This document shows, in pieces, positions 1-13,100 of a stretch of 54,642 nt of DNA (its first letter is position 1; each line of letters starts with the position of its first letter). The notes beneath the pieces are model-generated. The model did no database searches, had not been told where the DNA came from, and worked only from the letters and a program-made list of their open reading frames with translations. The DNA lies in the IMG/VR virus record IMGVR_UViG_3300048881_000467, positions 1 to 54,642 of that record. One strand, written 5' to 3'. Both the position numbers and the translations under genes were made by a program. The stretch is from a virus. Taxonomy: Duplodnaviria; Caudoviricetes.

Positions 1-3000
1 CAATCATGGTGCGAACTTTATCAGCAAAGTTAGCAGAGGCCGGGACAAGTTGTAGCAACATTTCGGATAGTGCGCTATCGACCCACTTAAAGAATTCCAC
101 AAACCTTTCAAAACTCATTGTATTGCCAACGGTTCTGAAATAGAGTTCCCGCATTTGTGCTAGCGTTTTATATTCTTGGCGGTAGCGATTTACAGGATCA
201 CCAATAAGGAAATTAAAATCTTTGATGGTCGCAAACCATTTCATCATTTCCTCAGATATAATCGCAGCTTGACTTTTTTCTATAGCATAAAAATAATTTT
301 GTGGTCTGGTTTCTCTCGTAAATATATTATCATCTTGAGTGCGAACCTCGATCATGTTTGAGCTATTAAGAATTTCAGGTGCCAATTGTTTTGCCGAATA
401 AACATATTCACGATTAACAGCATTGGCGTCGAATGGCAAGAAAAAATCTCCCTTACCTGGATGGCGCATATTGACCACGGGCCCGAGCCATCCATAACGA
501 GAAGTTAACGCTACTGAGCCTGAAGTCATATCAGGAACAAAGAATGTCGCATCTGATAAAGTTGGTGAACCAGTTGAACTATCACCAGAACCAGTTACGG
601 TATCGAAAGTCCAAGATAGTGCGAGAGTTTTTGATTGTGGTGCTTGTATTTGTTGAAAGAAGTCCCAACTATTTTTTACCAAATACGCGCTCTTATGTGG
701 TTCCAGTGGACCGAATGAAGAAGCATCTTTTGAATGAGCTTCAATCGCTTCATTAGGTAAATTATCAATCCAATATCTAGTTGATGAAATTTTAGCATCA
801 GACCAATGGAGCTGCGAACCAGTGAAATTCTCTCTATGAGCACCAACATAAATTCTAGTGGAACTAGAAAGAAACGCAGAACCACTTGCCATAGGAATCG
901 ACGCAGTAAGATAAAAATTGTTTTCTACATTATCACCTAAAGAATTATATCCAATAAATTCTACACTTGCGCTTCCCCATTGACTACCACTCAAGCCTGG
1001 TGCATAATTGGTTTCTGGTTTTACTCTGACTGCCAGGTTCCATTTGCTATTATCATATACATTTGTAAAAACACTACTCGTAATATTTGGTATCACGCCA
1101 CCTGTGTGTATACTACTCGAAAGTTGAAAATAAACATCATCACCTTCTTCTTCGGTTCTAACGGCGAACACCTGAAAATTGCTAATGTCAGGAGTTTGCC
1201 AAGTCAAATCCGTTTGATCGGTGGTGATTGGAGTATGGGCACCAAACAAAGAACAAGATACAAACGGAGTTCTAAAATATAATTCCGAATCTCTTTTAAA
1301 CTTCTTAGGAAAGATTGCTTCAGCTTGCATCGTTTTTGGAATAAATTCCATATCCGAAGAAGCAGTTATAAAGTTTCGAGTATCAGTATCCGCACTGGCC
1401 GTTTGCTGATAGACCGTAGAATCAAATCTGTCAACATTATTAAAGTCTACAAAAACTTTTCGTGCTGCGGTGTTTCTTGTGTTGGTTCGTAACTCTTGTG
1501 TAACCTCATCACCATACAAACTAATTTTCATCAAAGGCTCGTCAACACCATAACAGCGCATTAGATTTCTAAAAGATTCTTCGGTTCCCTTTGTCTTAAA
1601 AATATTGACAATATTATTATAAATGTTTTCGTATAAACGATTTTTCGTATCACTCAGCTTTTTCGAAAATTCAATAAAGTCATCTCTAGAAGCATAATAT
1701 TCAAGAGCGCCAGCATCAGCAAAAATCTCTGGTGCGTACAAGCCGACGCCTTCTAAGAATCTATTTACGAAGGGCGCAACTTTTTGAGAGCCGCTAGTAT
1801 ATTCAACATCCTTAATTCTGGGCATCGCTTCGATTTGAAGTTGCAAGCTGTCAAAGTAGCTTCCCATAATTTGAGTGAGTTTCTTTAAAGTTTCCCCCTC
1901 AACTTCGACCGGATCGCCTGTAATATATTCTGGTATGGATGTGTAGATACCAGCGTTATTACGAACATCATAATCATATCCAATATTCTTCTGTGTGCTT
2001 TTATAAACTGCCACAAGGGGATTAGATTGGTAGATGATCGGATCTTTAAATTCTGTTAAAGCCGCTCCGGCCTCGACCATAGCAGAGCCCGTAAATCGAG
2101 AACCAACTTGATAACCTGTCCAAGAACCATTAGAGATACGACCCGAATAATCTAAAACTCTAGTATCCAACGGGGCAACTGATGTTGTGTCAACGATACC
2201 TTCATTAAATTTATAATAGACTCCTAAATCTACATTGGCAATATCTGTATTGGTTCCCGCGTTAACTTGTGTAAACCAATAACGACCAATTTCAGTTTCC
2301 GTTCTTTTTGTTTTCCAAAAACGAACCTCGTCTAACGAAGCAGAAAGTTTAGCATCACCCGCAGAACCTAAATCTCCACCGGCTAAATCCATCACGCTAG
2401 TTTCGAGAGCACCAACGCGACCGAACATAGAACCAGTAACTTTCCCCATTGGAGTGCCAGCCTCGACACTGAAAACTTCTGTACCGTTTTGGTATAATGT
2501 TCCAAGCATCTCGATATCCGTATTTATAAAAGAAAGAGCAAAGTGATTCCATGAGCCCGTTAATGTAGTAGCAGTCATCGGGATCATTGGAGGGACATCA
2601 ACTATGCCGTTGCATAATCCATCAGACCCAGAAAAAAGTTCTACATGAAAAACTGGGGGCATTTCACCAGTCACGCCGCTTCCAGAAATTTCAACTCGAA
2701 AGCGACCATAGTCACTAGGAGTAGGCAGACCACCATTGTGAGAGCGATCATTCCAAGAATCAAATATTACTTGTCTTCGGGATTCATTACCCGCATCAAA
2801 AGTTTGCTTATTTATCCAAAACTCTAGAGTAATTCCATTTGCTCCATCTAGTTCTAAATTAGATTCACGAGTAGTGTCGCTATAATAATTGGAGCCTGTA
2901 AAGGTTGTTGATAAAGGCTTTCCAGTCATTCCACCGGAAGCAGTATGAGGACCGCCTCGGAAAGAAACCCATTCATTTCTGGTAGACGTATCATAGCCTT

Positions 3001-3382
3001 CGAGGCCGTCCGCATTGAAGTCATAATTTAGACCTAGAGTAATATATCCATTTGTGCGAGGATATTCGTTTTCAAAAATATAATTATCAAAATAAGAAGA
3101 ACTAAGATGCCACGTTATTTTTTCTTTTCCAGAGCCATCATAAGGGTAGTGGTAACTAATGTGATCTATAGCATCTTCATAATATTTTTCAGCAGATCCA
3201 TATCGTGCAAAATTAGAAACTTGAGAGAAGTCAACTCGGGGTTCGAATCTTCTTTTGTTGTCATCATCTTTTTCAATATATCCAGCAGATTCTACACCAC
3301 TTCCAGTAACAAGATCCCCAAGACTTTTGCCCGGTAAAACTTTATTACTTTTACTACCAAATAAATCCTTAATACTAGACAT
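1..3382 (-). CDS. Large baseplate/tail structural protein with LamG-like (ConA-like) domain; runs off window start, absent from ORF track
   Basis: ATG at 3382 gives MSSIKDLFGSKSNK...; spot translation in the same frame gives LSASLDEVRFWKTKRTETEI (LamG-like) and NIFKTKGTEESFRNLMRCYG (resembles gp7/gpI-type baseplate motif). No stop seen in the segments checked; omission from the track fits no in-window stop. Confidence 0.8.
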   Translation of the reverse strand, partial: MSSIKDLFGSKSNKVLPGKSLGDLVTGSGVESAGYIEKDDDNKRRFEPRVDFSQVSNFARYGSAEKYYEDAIDHISYHYPYDGSGKEKITWHLSSSYFDNYIFENEYPRTNGYITLGLNYDFNADGLEGYDTSTRNEWVSFRGGPHTASGGMTGKPLSTTFTGSNYYSDTTRESNLELDGANGITLEFWINKQTFDAGNESRRQVIFDSWNDRSHNGGLPTPSDYGRFRVEISGSGVTGEMPPVFHVELFSGSDGLCNGIVDVPPMIPMTATTLTGSWNHFALSFINTDIEMLGTLYQNGTEVFSVEAGTPMGKVTGSMFGRVGALETSVMDLAGGDLGSAGDAKLSASLDEVRFWKTKRTETEIGRYWFTQVNAGTNTDIANVDLGVYYKFNEGIVDTTSVAPLDTRVLDYSGRISNGSWTGYQVGSRFTGSAMVEAGAALTEFKDPIIYQSNPLVAVYKSTQKNIGYDYDVRNNAGIYTSIPEYITGDPVEVEGETLKKLTQIMGSYFDSLQLQIEAMPRIKDVEYTSGSQKVAPFVNRFLEGVGLYAPEIFADAGALEYYASRDDFIEFSKKLSDTKNRLYENIYNNIVNIFKTKGTEESFRNLMRCYGVDEPLMKISLYGDEVTQELRTNTRNTAARKVFVDFNNVDRFDSTVYQQTASADTDTRNFITASSDMEFIPKTMQAEAIFPKKFKRDSELYFRTPFVSCSLFGAHTPITTDQTDLTWQTPDISNFQVFAVRTEEEGDDVYFQLSSSIHTGGVIPNITSSVFTNVYDNSKWNLAVRVKPETNYAPGLSGSQWGSASVEFIGYNSLGDNVENNFYLTASIPMASGSAFLSSSTRIYVGAHRENFTGSQLHWSDAKISSTRYWIDNLPNEAIEAHSKDASSFGPLEPHKSAYLVKNSWDFFQQIQAPQSKTLALSWTFDTVTGSGDSSTGSPTLSDATFFVPDMTSGSVALTSRYGWLGPVVNMRHPGKGDFFLPFDANAVNREYVYSAKQLAPEILNSSNMIEVRTQDDNIFTRETRPQNYFYAIEKSQAAIISEEMMKWFATIKDFNFLIGDPVNRYRQEYKTLAQMRELYFRTVGNTMSFERFVEFFKWVDSALSEMLLQLVPASANFADKVRTMI

Positions 3383-3385
3383 ATC

Positions 3386-4882
3386 TTACTCTACTCTAAA
3401 TGTAAAAATCTCTGATTGTTCTTCATAAATTCCGTTAAGGAAGTAAGCGAACTTAATTCCATATTCATAGCCCGATTGTAACATCGACATATCAAAATCA
3501 AAATAACTCCCCGATTGGTCATAAGAAAGTCGAGTATGATGATACGACCCTGTTCCAAATGAAATTACAATCTTATTGTCTGCTATTCTTAAAATTTTAT
3601 AATAAGCGTCATTTACCACATCCAACTGAACCGCTGCGACGGCACGGGTGTAAATCGCGTCATTCCAGTCTTTTTTGCGGGTAAATATTCTAAACCGATT
3701 ATTATCATCTCGACAATATTCAGACTTCAAGTTAGTGATTGAAGTAACGTATTTAGGAATAGAAAAGATTTGAGAAGGAATAAACTTCTTTGGTTTATAG
3801 CTTCCTGTATAGTAACAGATGGTTTCACCAGGATTAGACCAGCGATCAAATACTACTTCTTCAGTTGTATTAAGCGCAAAAGAAGCACTATAAACCCCTG
3901 TCGCGACCCAACCACCAATGACGGGATCTGGTCCGGGGGATGAAGGGATCAAATCTCCTTCTGAACTTTCAGTATAGTTCTTTAGGGATAACAATCCTGT
4001 TCCGATGCCCGCGATGTCTGTGGGCTGACCATTGTAATAGTTATACAGATAAAGCGTCATCAAATTATCAGGACCACTCAAAACTGAGCTAGAGATATAA
4101 AAATCTCCTCTATCGTCTTTACGAGTATTGTCCCACCGAGCTTCAATAATCGGGCGGCTGAAAAAATATTCGCTTCCTCTCGCTGAAAAGAATTTGGCAT
4201 AATAAGATCTTGAGCTAGGGCTCGCAGGATTTTGACACATTTCTTGACTACAGGTCAAAAATACTCCTAAACCATGATTCTCAAAATCAGGTCCATAGAT
4301 GGAGGTGTCACCTTTAATCCACTCCTCAACTAAATAAGAAACATCAATCTCTAGATCTTCTCTACCAGTTTCAAAAGTTTGTTTATAATTTATGCTCTCA
4401 TATTGCGAAGCAGTTAAAAAAGTTCCGCCTTCAGTTGCCCAAGGAGTGTGAGCCCGACAATTTATCCAATTGGAGCCTGTTCCATCGTAAGTTTCATCAG
4501 AGTAGCCGGATAAGTCTACGCCATATCCTTCTTCCCATGATTGAGAAACAGGAGAGGCACATAAAGTAAAGTTACGCGGCAGCGTGGTGGTGCTAACAAC
4601 ATTAGTTAACTTCAAGTAAAAACTAACACTTCCTGAAGCTGGTATTTTACCGTCATCACGATCCGCTAAAATTGTGGTGCCGGTATCGCTAGAAGAAACT
4701 GGAAATTGAACCAAGACTCTGGCCGCTTCGAGGGATGAACTACTGGCTTGGGCAAAAATAGAAAATATTTCCACAGAATCAGCAAGACCCATATTAGAAC
4801 CAGTTGCACGTTCTTCTAGGTTTGCTTTATAGGCATTTGTGATTGTATTGTTTTTATATCCTGTATATCTTCTGATTCCCAT
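3386..4882 (-). CDS. Putative virion structural protein (baseplate region)
   Basis: 498-aa S/T/G/Y-rich ORF tightly packed between baseplate genes. Confidence 0.6.
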   Translation of the reverse strand: MGIRRYTGYKNNTITNAYKANLEERATGSNMGLADSVEIFSIFAQASSSSLEAARVLVQFPVSSSDTGTTILADRDDGKIPASGSVSFYLKLTNVVSTTTLPRNFTLCASPVSQSWEEGYGVDLSGYSDETYDGTGSNWINCRAHTPWATEGGTFLTASQYESINYKQTFETGREDLEIDVSYLVEEWIKGDTSIYGPDFENHGLGVFLTCSQEMCQNPASPSSRSYYAKFFSARGSEYFFSRPIIEARWDNTRKDDRGDFYISSSVLSGPDNLMTLYLYNYYNGQPTDIAGIGTGLLSLKNYTESSEGDLIPSSPGPDPVIGGWVATGVYSASFALNTTEEVVFDRWSNPGETICYYTGSYKPKKFIPSQIFSIPKYVTSITNLKSEYCRDDNNRFRIFTRKKDWNDAIYTRAVAAVQLDVVNDAYYKILRIADNKIVISFGTGSYHHTRLSYDQSGSYFDFDMSMLQSGYEYGIKFAYFLNGIYEEQSEIFTFRVE

Positions 4883-4890
4883 TATATTAC

Positions 4891-6690
4891 CTACTTGATT
4901 GCACCCTTAATATCTTGTGCTGTATTTTTAACTTCTAGAATTACATTCAACGGGACTTCTATGTATCTTCCGTCAGGGGATGTTTGACCCTCAATGTCAA
5001 AATATGTATCTGAATAAGCAGCACCAGTTTTTTGTGACACTGTAACACTCAACACATCAACAATCCCTTCAACGCCCTGAAGCACTTTATAAATATCCGT
5101 TATATAAAACGGTTCACCGATTTCTAATTTTTGAGTATATTTTTCTCGTAATAAAATATTCGCCCGATCCAAAATTAAAAACCTATTGCTCTCCACATCA
5201 CCTTTGGCCACGAAATCGATTCCTATATTAACTATCCTTGCATCTAGAATATCAACGGTGTCGTTAATCATTCTACTTTTATTCAGCCAAGTTTTTAAAT
5301 TGTTTTTAATAGACGAATTAGCTATAACTAAATTTCCTACCGAATCTTCTGAAACAACATACATGTTCAAGTTTCTCTTAAACGAATCGGGGTCTTGCAT
5401 TATATTTACGCGCTTAATCGCACCGAACTCAGGAGGCATAGAATAAACAATACTCTTATAATCTTGGGCTGTGACCGCTCTATTTTGTGCGGCAAACACA
5501 TCGTACATTCTTATTTTTAATTCTTCAGTCGTTGGCAACGTTATATCTCCGGTAATTGGTTCGTCATTATTAATTTCTGCCGAACCCACAACATCAGATA
5601 CCAAGTCCGAATCTAGATTTACTTGATCTTCAAAAATTAAAATTGGATTGTTAACTTCAGTTAGCGTGTCTGCTGAAACATTCACATTTCCAATTTCATT
5701 AGTTCTCATTAAGACTCGTATTTTGGTTTTCGAAGGAGAAATACCCAACTTATCTGTACCAAGCATATTCGCAGGATCAAAGCTTGGTTGAGTAATGTAG
5801 TCTCGACCATGCACATCAAGTATAACAGTGCTAGGATCAATATACGGATCGCTGCGTGTTTCACGATCCGAGCCCGCACCGAACTGTAGGAATGTGGTGT
5901 CCGCATCCCTTTCCACTGTAAACCTTCGAGGAACAGCGAATGGTTTAAGTAGTGAAGGAGTGGTCGCCTTATTCGCACCACGATTTGTTACTGAACGGAA
6001 AATTACGTCTTGTGATAAATAATCTACAGCAAAATATTCATTACCTTCTTCGTCCAATACCGAAAGGACTTGAGAAACATCAGGAGTCTCAAGTGTTATT
6101 TTTAAAAATCTTTGGAAGTCGCCGACTTCAATAATTTCTTGTGCGAGCCTTCCTGATAATACTTGTCCGTGGGCTTTGATAGCATAGTGTGTTGGCGTGC
6201 CAGTGGCTTCATCAACACGCGCTACAACCACATCCAATAATGAATTTGAAAAGCTTACGTCTTCGTTCAATAAAAATCCCGCCCCGTTTTGTGCAGTAAA
6301 GGAGCTGTTTCTTTTTAAGATTGGAATATAAGCCGCATCGGGCCCAAGTCCAGATGCATTAGCAGGAACGACAACATAAAAAGTAGCAATCCCATAAGAA
6401 GTTGGATTGCCTTTCAAATTGAAGCCCATCTGTTTGCCTAATTTTAAAACGTTATTATATTCTACTGCTGTATCTATAAAAGATTCATTTACGCTGTAGT
6501 CCAAATAAAAGGACAAAATGTCTCCAACATAAGATACAGTGTCCAGCATAAGAGCACCGAAACTCGCTTCATTGAAATCTTTAAATGTGTTGGGATAATA
6601 CCTTTTGGCATAATCAACTAATTCTTGTTTAATAGAACTGAAATCTCGGGCTGTATAATTTATTGCTGGAAGTTGTTTTTTGTTTGCCAA
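4891..6690 (-). CDS. Baseplate wedge subunit (T4 gp6 / baseplate J-like)
   Basis: N-terminal YTARDFSSIKQEL...DFNEAS.G..LD; AQNRAVTAQDY motif; follows gp25-like gene; TTG start. Confidence 0.9.
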   Translation of the reverse strand: MANKKQLPAINYTARDFSSIKQELVDYAKRYYPNTFKDFNEASFGALMLDTVSYVGDILSFYLDYSVNESFIDTAVEYNNVLKLGKQMGFNLKGNPTSYGIATFYVVVPANASGLGPDAAYIPILKRNSSFTAQNGAGFLLNEDVSFSNSLLDVVVARVDEATGTPTHYAIKAHGQVLSGRLAQEIIEVGDFQRFLKITLETPDVSQVLSVLDEEGNEYFAVDYLSQDVIFRSVTNRGANKATTPSLLKPFAVPRRFTVERDADTTFLQFGAGSDRETRSDPYIDPSTVILDVHGRDYITQPSFDPANMLGTDKLGISPSKTKIRVLMRTNEIGNVNVSADTLTEVNNPILIFEDQVNLDSDLVSDVVGSAEINNDEPITGDITLPTTEELKIRMYDVFAAQNRAVTAQDYKSIVYSMPPEFGAIKRVNIMQDPDSFKRNLNMYVVSEDSVGNLVIANSSIKNNLKTWLNKSRMINDTVDILDARIVNIGIDFVAKGDVESNRFLILDRANILLREKYTQKLEIGEPFYITDIYKVLQGVEGIVDVLSVTVSQKTGAAYSDTYFDIEGQTSPDGRYIEVPLNVILEVKNTAQDIKGAIK

Positions 6691-6713
6691 AATAATTTAC
6701 CTCTTGGATATAA

Positions 6714-7103
6714 TTAGTTATTCGGTATAGATATATCGAGCTTATCAGTAAAATCCAATGGGGTTATAATATAAGTAATAGACATAAATAAATAATTTGG
6801 ATCTGTGTTTGGATCTTCAAGTTGAGAACTAAATGAAATATCGACAATTTCTAACCAAGGCAAATAGATAGAAACTTGTTCCATTATTTTTCCAGACAGT
6901 TCAGATCTTACGCCTTCATTATCTATCTCAAATAAATATGTTCTTACTCCAACACCAAAATCAGGGTCCATTATTCTTTCACCGGGAATGGTGAGTAATA
7001 AGCCTGTCAAGTTTTGTTTAACTGACTCTACATAAGTTTGATTCAATTGATAACCGTTGGTAGTACCGGGCATCAGTGGTAATTTTGGGGATATTCCTGC
7101 CAT
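6714..7103 (-). CDS. Baseplate gp25/GPW-like protein
   Basis: VKQNL..LLLT.PGERIMDPDFG motif; likely start MAGISP at 7103. Confidence 0.9.
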   Translation of the reverse strand: MAGISPKLPLMPGTTNGYQLNQTYVESVKQNLTGLLLTIPGERIMDPDFGVGVRTYLFEIDNEGVRSELSGKIMEQVSIYLPWLEIVDISFSSQLEDPNTDPNYLFMSITYIITPLDFTDKLDISIPNN

Positions 7104-7117
7104 TATATTTTTTCTCC

Positions 7118-10100
7118 TTATGGTTGTTTGTTTCCAGTTGGCGCACAATCGGGAGGAACAAACGGGCCTCCGCGAGGGTATTGTTTAGGTGGTGTGTTTG
7201 GTGGTCCATAAAATTTCAAAGCCGCTTCTGTTTGTGGACCATATGCGCCATCCACTACAATTTTTGCACACCGCTGAAACTCTTGTAATAAATCTCGATT
7301 ATATTGTCGCCTGTCGGAAGCTACGATATTAGCGTGAACCTGGATGGCTAGCTCATAGCACGGCTCTCCACAAATATCCTGCTGTGAATCTGTTTCTGTG
7401 GAAGTCTTTGATTCAGGACCACAGTCGGGAGGAACAAAAGCCCCTCCGCGTGGATACTGTTTTGGTGGTGGTCCTGGTGGTCCGTAAAATGTAAGTGCGG
7501 CTGTGGTTTGTGGACCATATAATCCATCCACTGTAATTTTTGCACACGATTGAAAGCTCTTAAGAAGTTCGCGATCATATTCCCGATATTTAGAAGACCA
7601 AATATTTAGCCATGCTTCTCCCCCTAAATCATAACAAGGTTCACCGCAAATATCAACATCAGGTGGTGGTGGAGGAACTTCACCGGATTGTTGGGGAACG
7701 ACCGGGGGTTCTGGACAATCGCTAATGTTCTTGGCATTGTTTAAATTAATTCCCTGCTTGTCTAGTGCAGCTTTCTTTTTGAGTTCTTTTTCTTTGGGGC
7801 TCATCAAAGAGCTTCCAGCATCGGCCGCAAGATAAGCAATCCCCAAAGGAGTAATAGGCGGACCAATTCCCCCAAACATAGGAGTCAATATGTTTACAGG
7901 AAGTGCCATCAATGAACATATAATCATTGGAATGTCTGTCTCTGTTAAGAGAGCACCATCGTGAATTTTTTTGGCAATAGAAATGTTTGGATCAGCAATT
8001 TCAGCTAGCCCCTTTAAAATAAGCAACGGAGTTTTCGCAATCATTCCTATGAGATCCATGCCTGGGATTTCTTCATTATTATCCGCTAAAGTAGATAAGC
8101 CCTTGTTCCCACCAATCTTCTTCATGGTTTCATCTTCATACATAGGATTATTTACATTTAGCATTGTGTAGAACACTGATTTCAATTGCCCCTTAGTATT
8201 TCCAAATAAGTTCATTACATTTTTATTGTAAGTAAAGTAAGAAGAACTATACATCATCAACATAAAAACCATTCGCTTCAAGGGAAAAGAGTATTCATAT
8301 AAAAATCTAAACCCGTCTGTATCCATCAATTGTTGGGAAAGCTCATCTTTATATCTTTTCCACAAATCCCAGTTTACATCCGGCGCAGCTAATTCTTGAA
8401 GTTGATTTGAAAAGGCGACTAGATCTAAATTATCAACATTCAAATTCTTTTCAGCCTTGGCCAATGGAATAGGAGAGATACGACGTAAAACTTTCCTTGC
8501 TGTTTTATCCTCGTTGACGCCCACGGCACCTGTCGCACCGGCCGCGCCATATGCGGCATGGTCCGCGTGAGTAGAATTTCTTTCGGCGACAGTTTTATAT
8601 TCTTTTTGTTCAATAAGATTATAAGCTTTCTCTGGTATGGGATCAATATTTTTAGCAGCTTGACCTAATGCAGAAACTTGTGCCGTGGTTGGTGCGTCGG
8701 TCCATAATTCTCGCTGAGTTGGCACGCAAGGTAATGGTAGCCCCGCCGCATCTTCTCCAACGGGACAATAATCATACCAGTGCGTTGAGGGTCCAGGTTG
8801 TTCAAATTCAGCCTCACGTCCTAGCATTGGAGGAAGATAAGTAATTCTAGTTCCAACTGAAACGTTCTGAAAAAAATCAGATACCTTCTTTTGACTATTT
8901 TCAGTCTTATCAGCTAAGTTCTTTACAATATCCGTAAACCGACTAACGTTTACTGCACCCTTATCCCATCCCTCAATTTGATCTGATTTATCTTGCTTGG
9001 TGATATATCTTTCTAAAATTAATTTTCCTTGTTCTAACTTAAACTCAAGACCACTATGTTCTGAAATGTTTTGAACTGTGTCTAGCCCAGATTCAATAAA
9101 CCTAACATCGCCCTCAGAACTGGGCAAGTCGAACATCGGCATCCACTTTTCCAAAAACATTTGTGTAACCGATTGATTTCCAAAATCAACTCCCAAGGTT
9201 TCAATAACGCGAGTAACCACCGACCTCAATTGCTGAGATACTAGATTGTCAATTACCACAACCGCATCACCAGTTTTAGACCACCCATTATCTTTCGCAA
9301 TTTTATTATGATAAAGAATAGCTTGTCGTTGAAATTCTATTGAATAAGCCTTGTCCAGTTTTCCAAGATCATCAATAATAGTTTGGCTAAAGTAAGATTG
9401 TATTAGGGAATCTAAAATTTTGGTTTTATCATTTTTGGCCTCTAGAGGAAATTTAGATAACACAAATAATGATCGCAACGAAAACTCTATAAGATATAAA
9501 CGAATTATGGTAGAAATAACACCACCAACACTTGCAGCGTCCAAAGAACTTGCGCTACCTTGTTCGTCACTACCTGCGGTCGTAACTCCACACTGAGAAT
9601 CTTCATACTCTTTAATAACGGATTTCTTTAGTTCTTCTAAATTCAACAAATGTGGATCTGGGCATCCACACTCTTTTTGCTTTGGTGAAAGTTGTGGAGA
9701 GAAATCCACGAGTGATATTATGTTATTTGCAAAAAAGTTAGAAGTTGAAACTTCCTTGCCAGCATTAATGACAATATCCTTAAAGATTATATTGTGATTC
9801 GTAGGAACATCAATGGTTGTTCCAGTTCCATTTTTCCAAGAATAATTAACCAACTGCCGAAAATCTTTGGATGCTCCGAAACTAGAAGCGTTGGTGGGAT
9901 ATATCCTTTGTCTTTCACTTTGGACTGCGGGGATGACTGAACATCCATCAGATTTCATTGGTGAAGAATAAATATCAGTTGTCGTAGTGCCCATCACCGA
10001 CTTAATTGTAATACTATATTTCTCACGATCAATTGCATCCGAAAGCTCGGGGGTATAATTTATATCAAAATTAGATGAAGCAAGCTCAATCACAGGTCTG

Positions 10101-13100
10101 TTAGTTGTCAAGCTAGCTAGTCCACCCGTCGTAATTTTATTAAGCGCAGAGGCTATCTCGACTCCTGCATTGTCTACACCCGTCTTGTTCGGGATCGTAA
10201 AAGCATAAGAACTCCCGCCGTTAGGGGCTGAAAAATTATTTGCTGCAAAGTCAGCATAAAACCCTTTTAGATCTGGTGCCACCACTTTTTTAGTGGCACC
10301 TTTTTGTGCCTGAGTAAGAACATTAATTTGACCGGGAGTCTCGTTCATCTCTTTGTCGGTTGGGGCGGCGACTTTATCCTCGCCCTCTCCTCTATCCGCA
10401 AACGCCGAATTTTCCATTTTTCCTTTATCTTGCACAACTGAAACAACGCTAGCAAAACCAGAAACATCTTTGTTGAAATTCATATAAGCGCCATCAAAAA
10501 TAACATCCACAGCTTTCTTTAAAAGATAATCATTGACTGGTGGCTCTTTTGGTGCAAGAGATGGTTTTTTTCTACCTGATGGTGTAAGCGTGCATTCATC
10601 TTCGGGAACGACGCCATCTAACAATTTATCAGCGGGCTTGGCCAGCATGTCGGCTAATTCAGAAAATTTCTTTTTCTTTCTTTTCTTTTTCCGTGCTAAT
10701 TGCTTTTCAATTTCTTCATCAGGGATTCCTTCTTTCTTTAATTCGTTCCTTTCATATTCTTCCTGTGGTGGTGGACAATCAACTAACAATTCTCTGCCAG
10801 TGGGTGATAAAGGTTGTGTTAATCTTTCTATTTCTTCAGTAAGCATTATTTTATCTACCATTGTTCCTACATTGGAAAATAAACGATTTATTTGAGCATC
10901 GCCATGGAGCGCGTCTGCAACGTCCCTGTATTCTGGTTTGGAATCAAGAATAAAACGAATCCCATCTAATATTTCACGAGATGCTTCTCCCAACAAAAGA
11001 GCACCGGCTTGCGCAGGTTTTAGGACTTGCGAAATATCATCAATTAGATTATCTAAAGTTTGTGCAACCTCTCCAAAAGAAGGGGGCGAAGGTAAAGAAT
11101 CTTTTAGTCCATTCACTACAGCATCTTTTAATTCCTTGGCTCTGGCTGGCGTGAACGAAGCTTTGCCGCTCTCAGCAATAAGAGAACCTATATCCAAGTC
11201 TCCAATTTTTCCTTGATTCAAAGATTCACATATAGCCCTAATCGTGCTCTTTAGAATAGATAAGGTTGCTTGAGATATTGCCTCCATTATTGAATCGGCA
11301 ATTCCAGTAGAAATGCTCGACATTAAATCTACAGTAGGAGAAAGCTCAAAGTTGACCGTGGGAAGTTCAGGAACTTCTCCAAGTGGAACCATTTGAAATT
11401 TACTAAAATCAAAAAAGTCTAGAGAAAAATCAGGAATTTCAAACCCCAAATAATCCACTACAATTTTATACAGCTTGTCATATAGGCTTCCAAGTCCTGG
11501 GATCGCGGTGCTGATTAAATCTGTAAAATCTATATTTGCAAATTGATTAAACAAATTTCTAAAAATAGAAAAATTAAAATTTCCTAATCTAATATTGATT
11601 CCACCGATGGTTCCGATTCCAAAATTAATGCCACCGCCGAAATCAATGCTCTTAAGAGAATTTAGTTTTCCTATATCAAAATTTGGTGCCTTCCAGTCAA
11701 TCTTTCCAAACTCATCAAACATTTTTGATAAAGCCCCGAAGTTGAGTCCATCAAAAGCAGACCAGTCTATGTCCACGCCAAAATCAATGTTTTGTAATTT
11801 TCCCAAATCAATTTTTGATAAAGCATTAAAAGAAATACTAAGCTTTGACCAATCAATCTCACCAAACTTGGGCCAGTTTATATCAACGCTCCAATCTACA
11901 GGCTTTCCATCAACACTGGCGGAATTAAAATCAAGATCCCACAAGCTACTCCAATTTATAGAAATACCAGATATATCAGGAGCACTCACTGTGGCACCCC
12001 CGAACGTTGGCATTTTAAAATCAAAATCCGGTAAACTCCAATCTGACATTTTACCAAACATGTTTTCTAACCAACTAAAATCTATTCCCTTTAATTCTCC
12101 AATAGTTACCGAGAATCCAAAATCAAAATTAAAACCACCAGGACTTCCTATGTCATCCAAATTGATTTGTTTAAGAATCTCAATAATCTGATTAAGAATT
12201 TCCGGTTTATATTTTTCGCACGTCGATAATACGAGATCATCAAAATATCCAATTGCTCTAAACTCAGTAATAACCTCGGGAATAGTTTTCCCACTCAATA
12301 CATCAACAATGTCGTCGATTTGTTGTGGCATCTTCGTGGGAACCTTTGGAAGCTTTGGGGGAGTACCAATATATTTGGGAGTTAGTTTTAGTTTCTCTGA
12401 TAACTTTTCTAATTCTGGTCTGGGAAGTTTAGCAACCACTGGCTTGATTTGAGCCATAAGAAGTTTTGACGATTCACCTAATCCCCAGAAATCGGTAACA
12501 CCCGTAAGTTCAATTACTTCATTAAGAAATCTTACAAATACTTTACAATCAAGTTGTTTCAGAAATGCTAAAAACAAGGCTTCTTTAATATCATCAATTG
12601 GCAATTCCATTCCTGCAATTTGCGCAGCCTTTTTTAACAATCCCTTGATTCCATATTTATTCAATATTTCTTGATAGGCCTGTGGCAGAGATTGAATAAG
12701 TTCCAGATCTCCGCAGGGTCCATCTCCGTCATCGGAAAGTTTTAGATCAGTGGATGGTGGCTTCTTGGGGCCAATCGTACTACCAACAAATTTAGAGTCA
12801 CCTTTGTTCTGATTGATGGTACATTCTCTAATCGTTGGATTTTCTCTGAGTTCTTGATCTTCCCAAGTTTTGTAATCTGCACAAACAATTTCGTTTTCTT
12901 TTAATTTAGGAACCGGACACTTAATTAAAGTGTTTATCATGGGAGGGACACCAAGATTTCCAGGTGTGGGGTCACAACCTGATTTTCCAGTAGCAGTAAT
13001 CGGTGGTCCGGTACGAGGAAGTTCTGTGGTTCCTTCTATTGCTTCGTCTTTCTCATCTTCAGGCTTTGCTTCTTCTTCAACACACGGACAGCAATCATCT

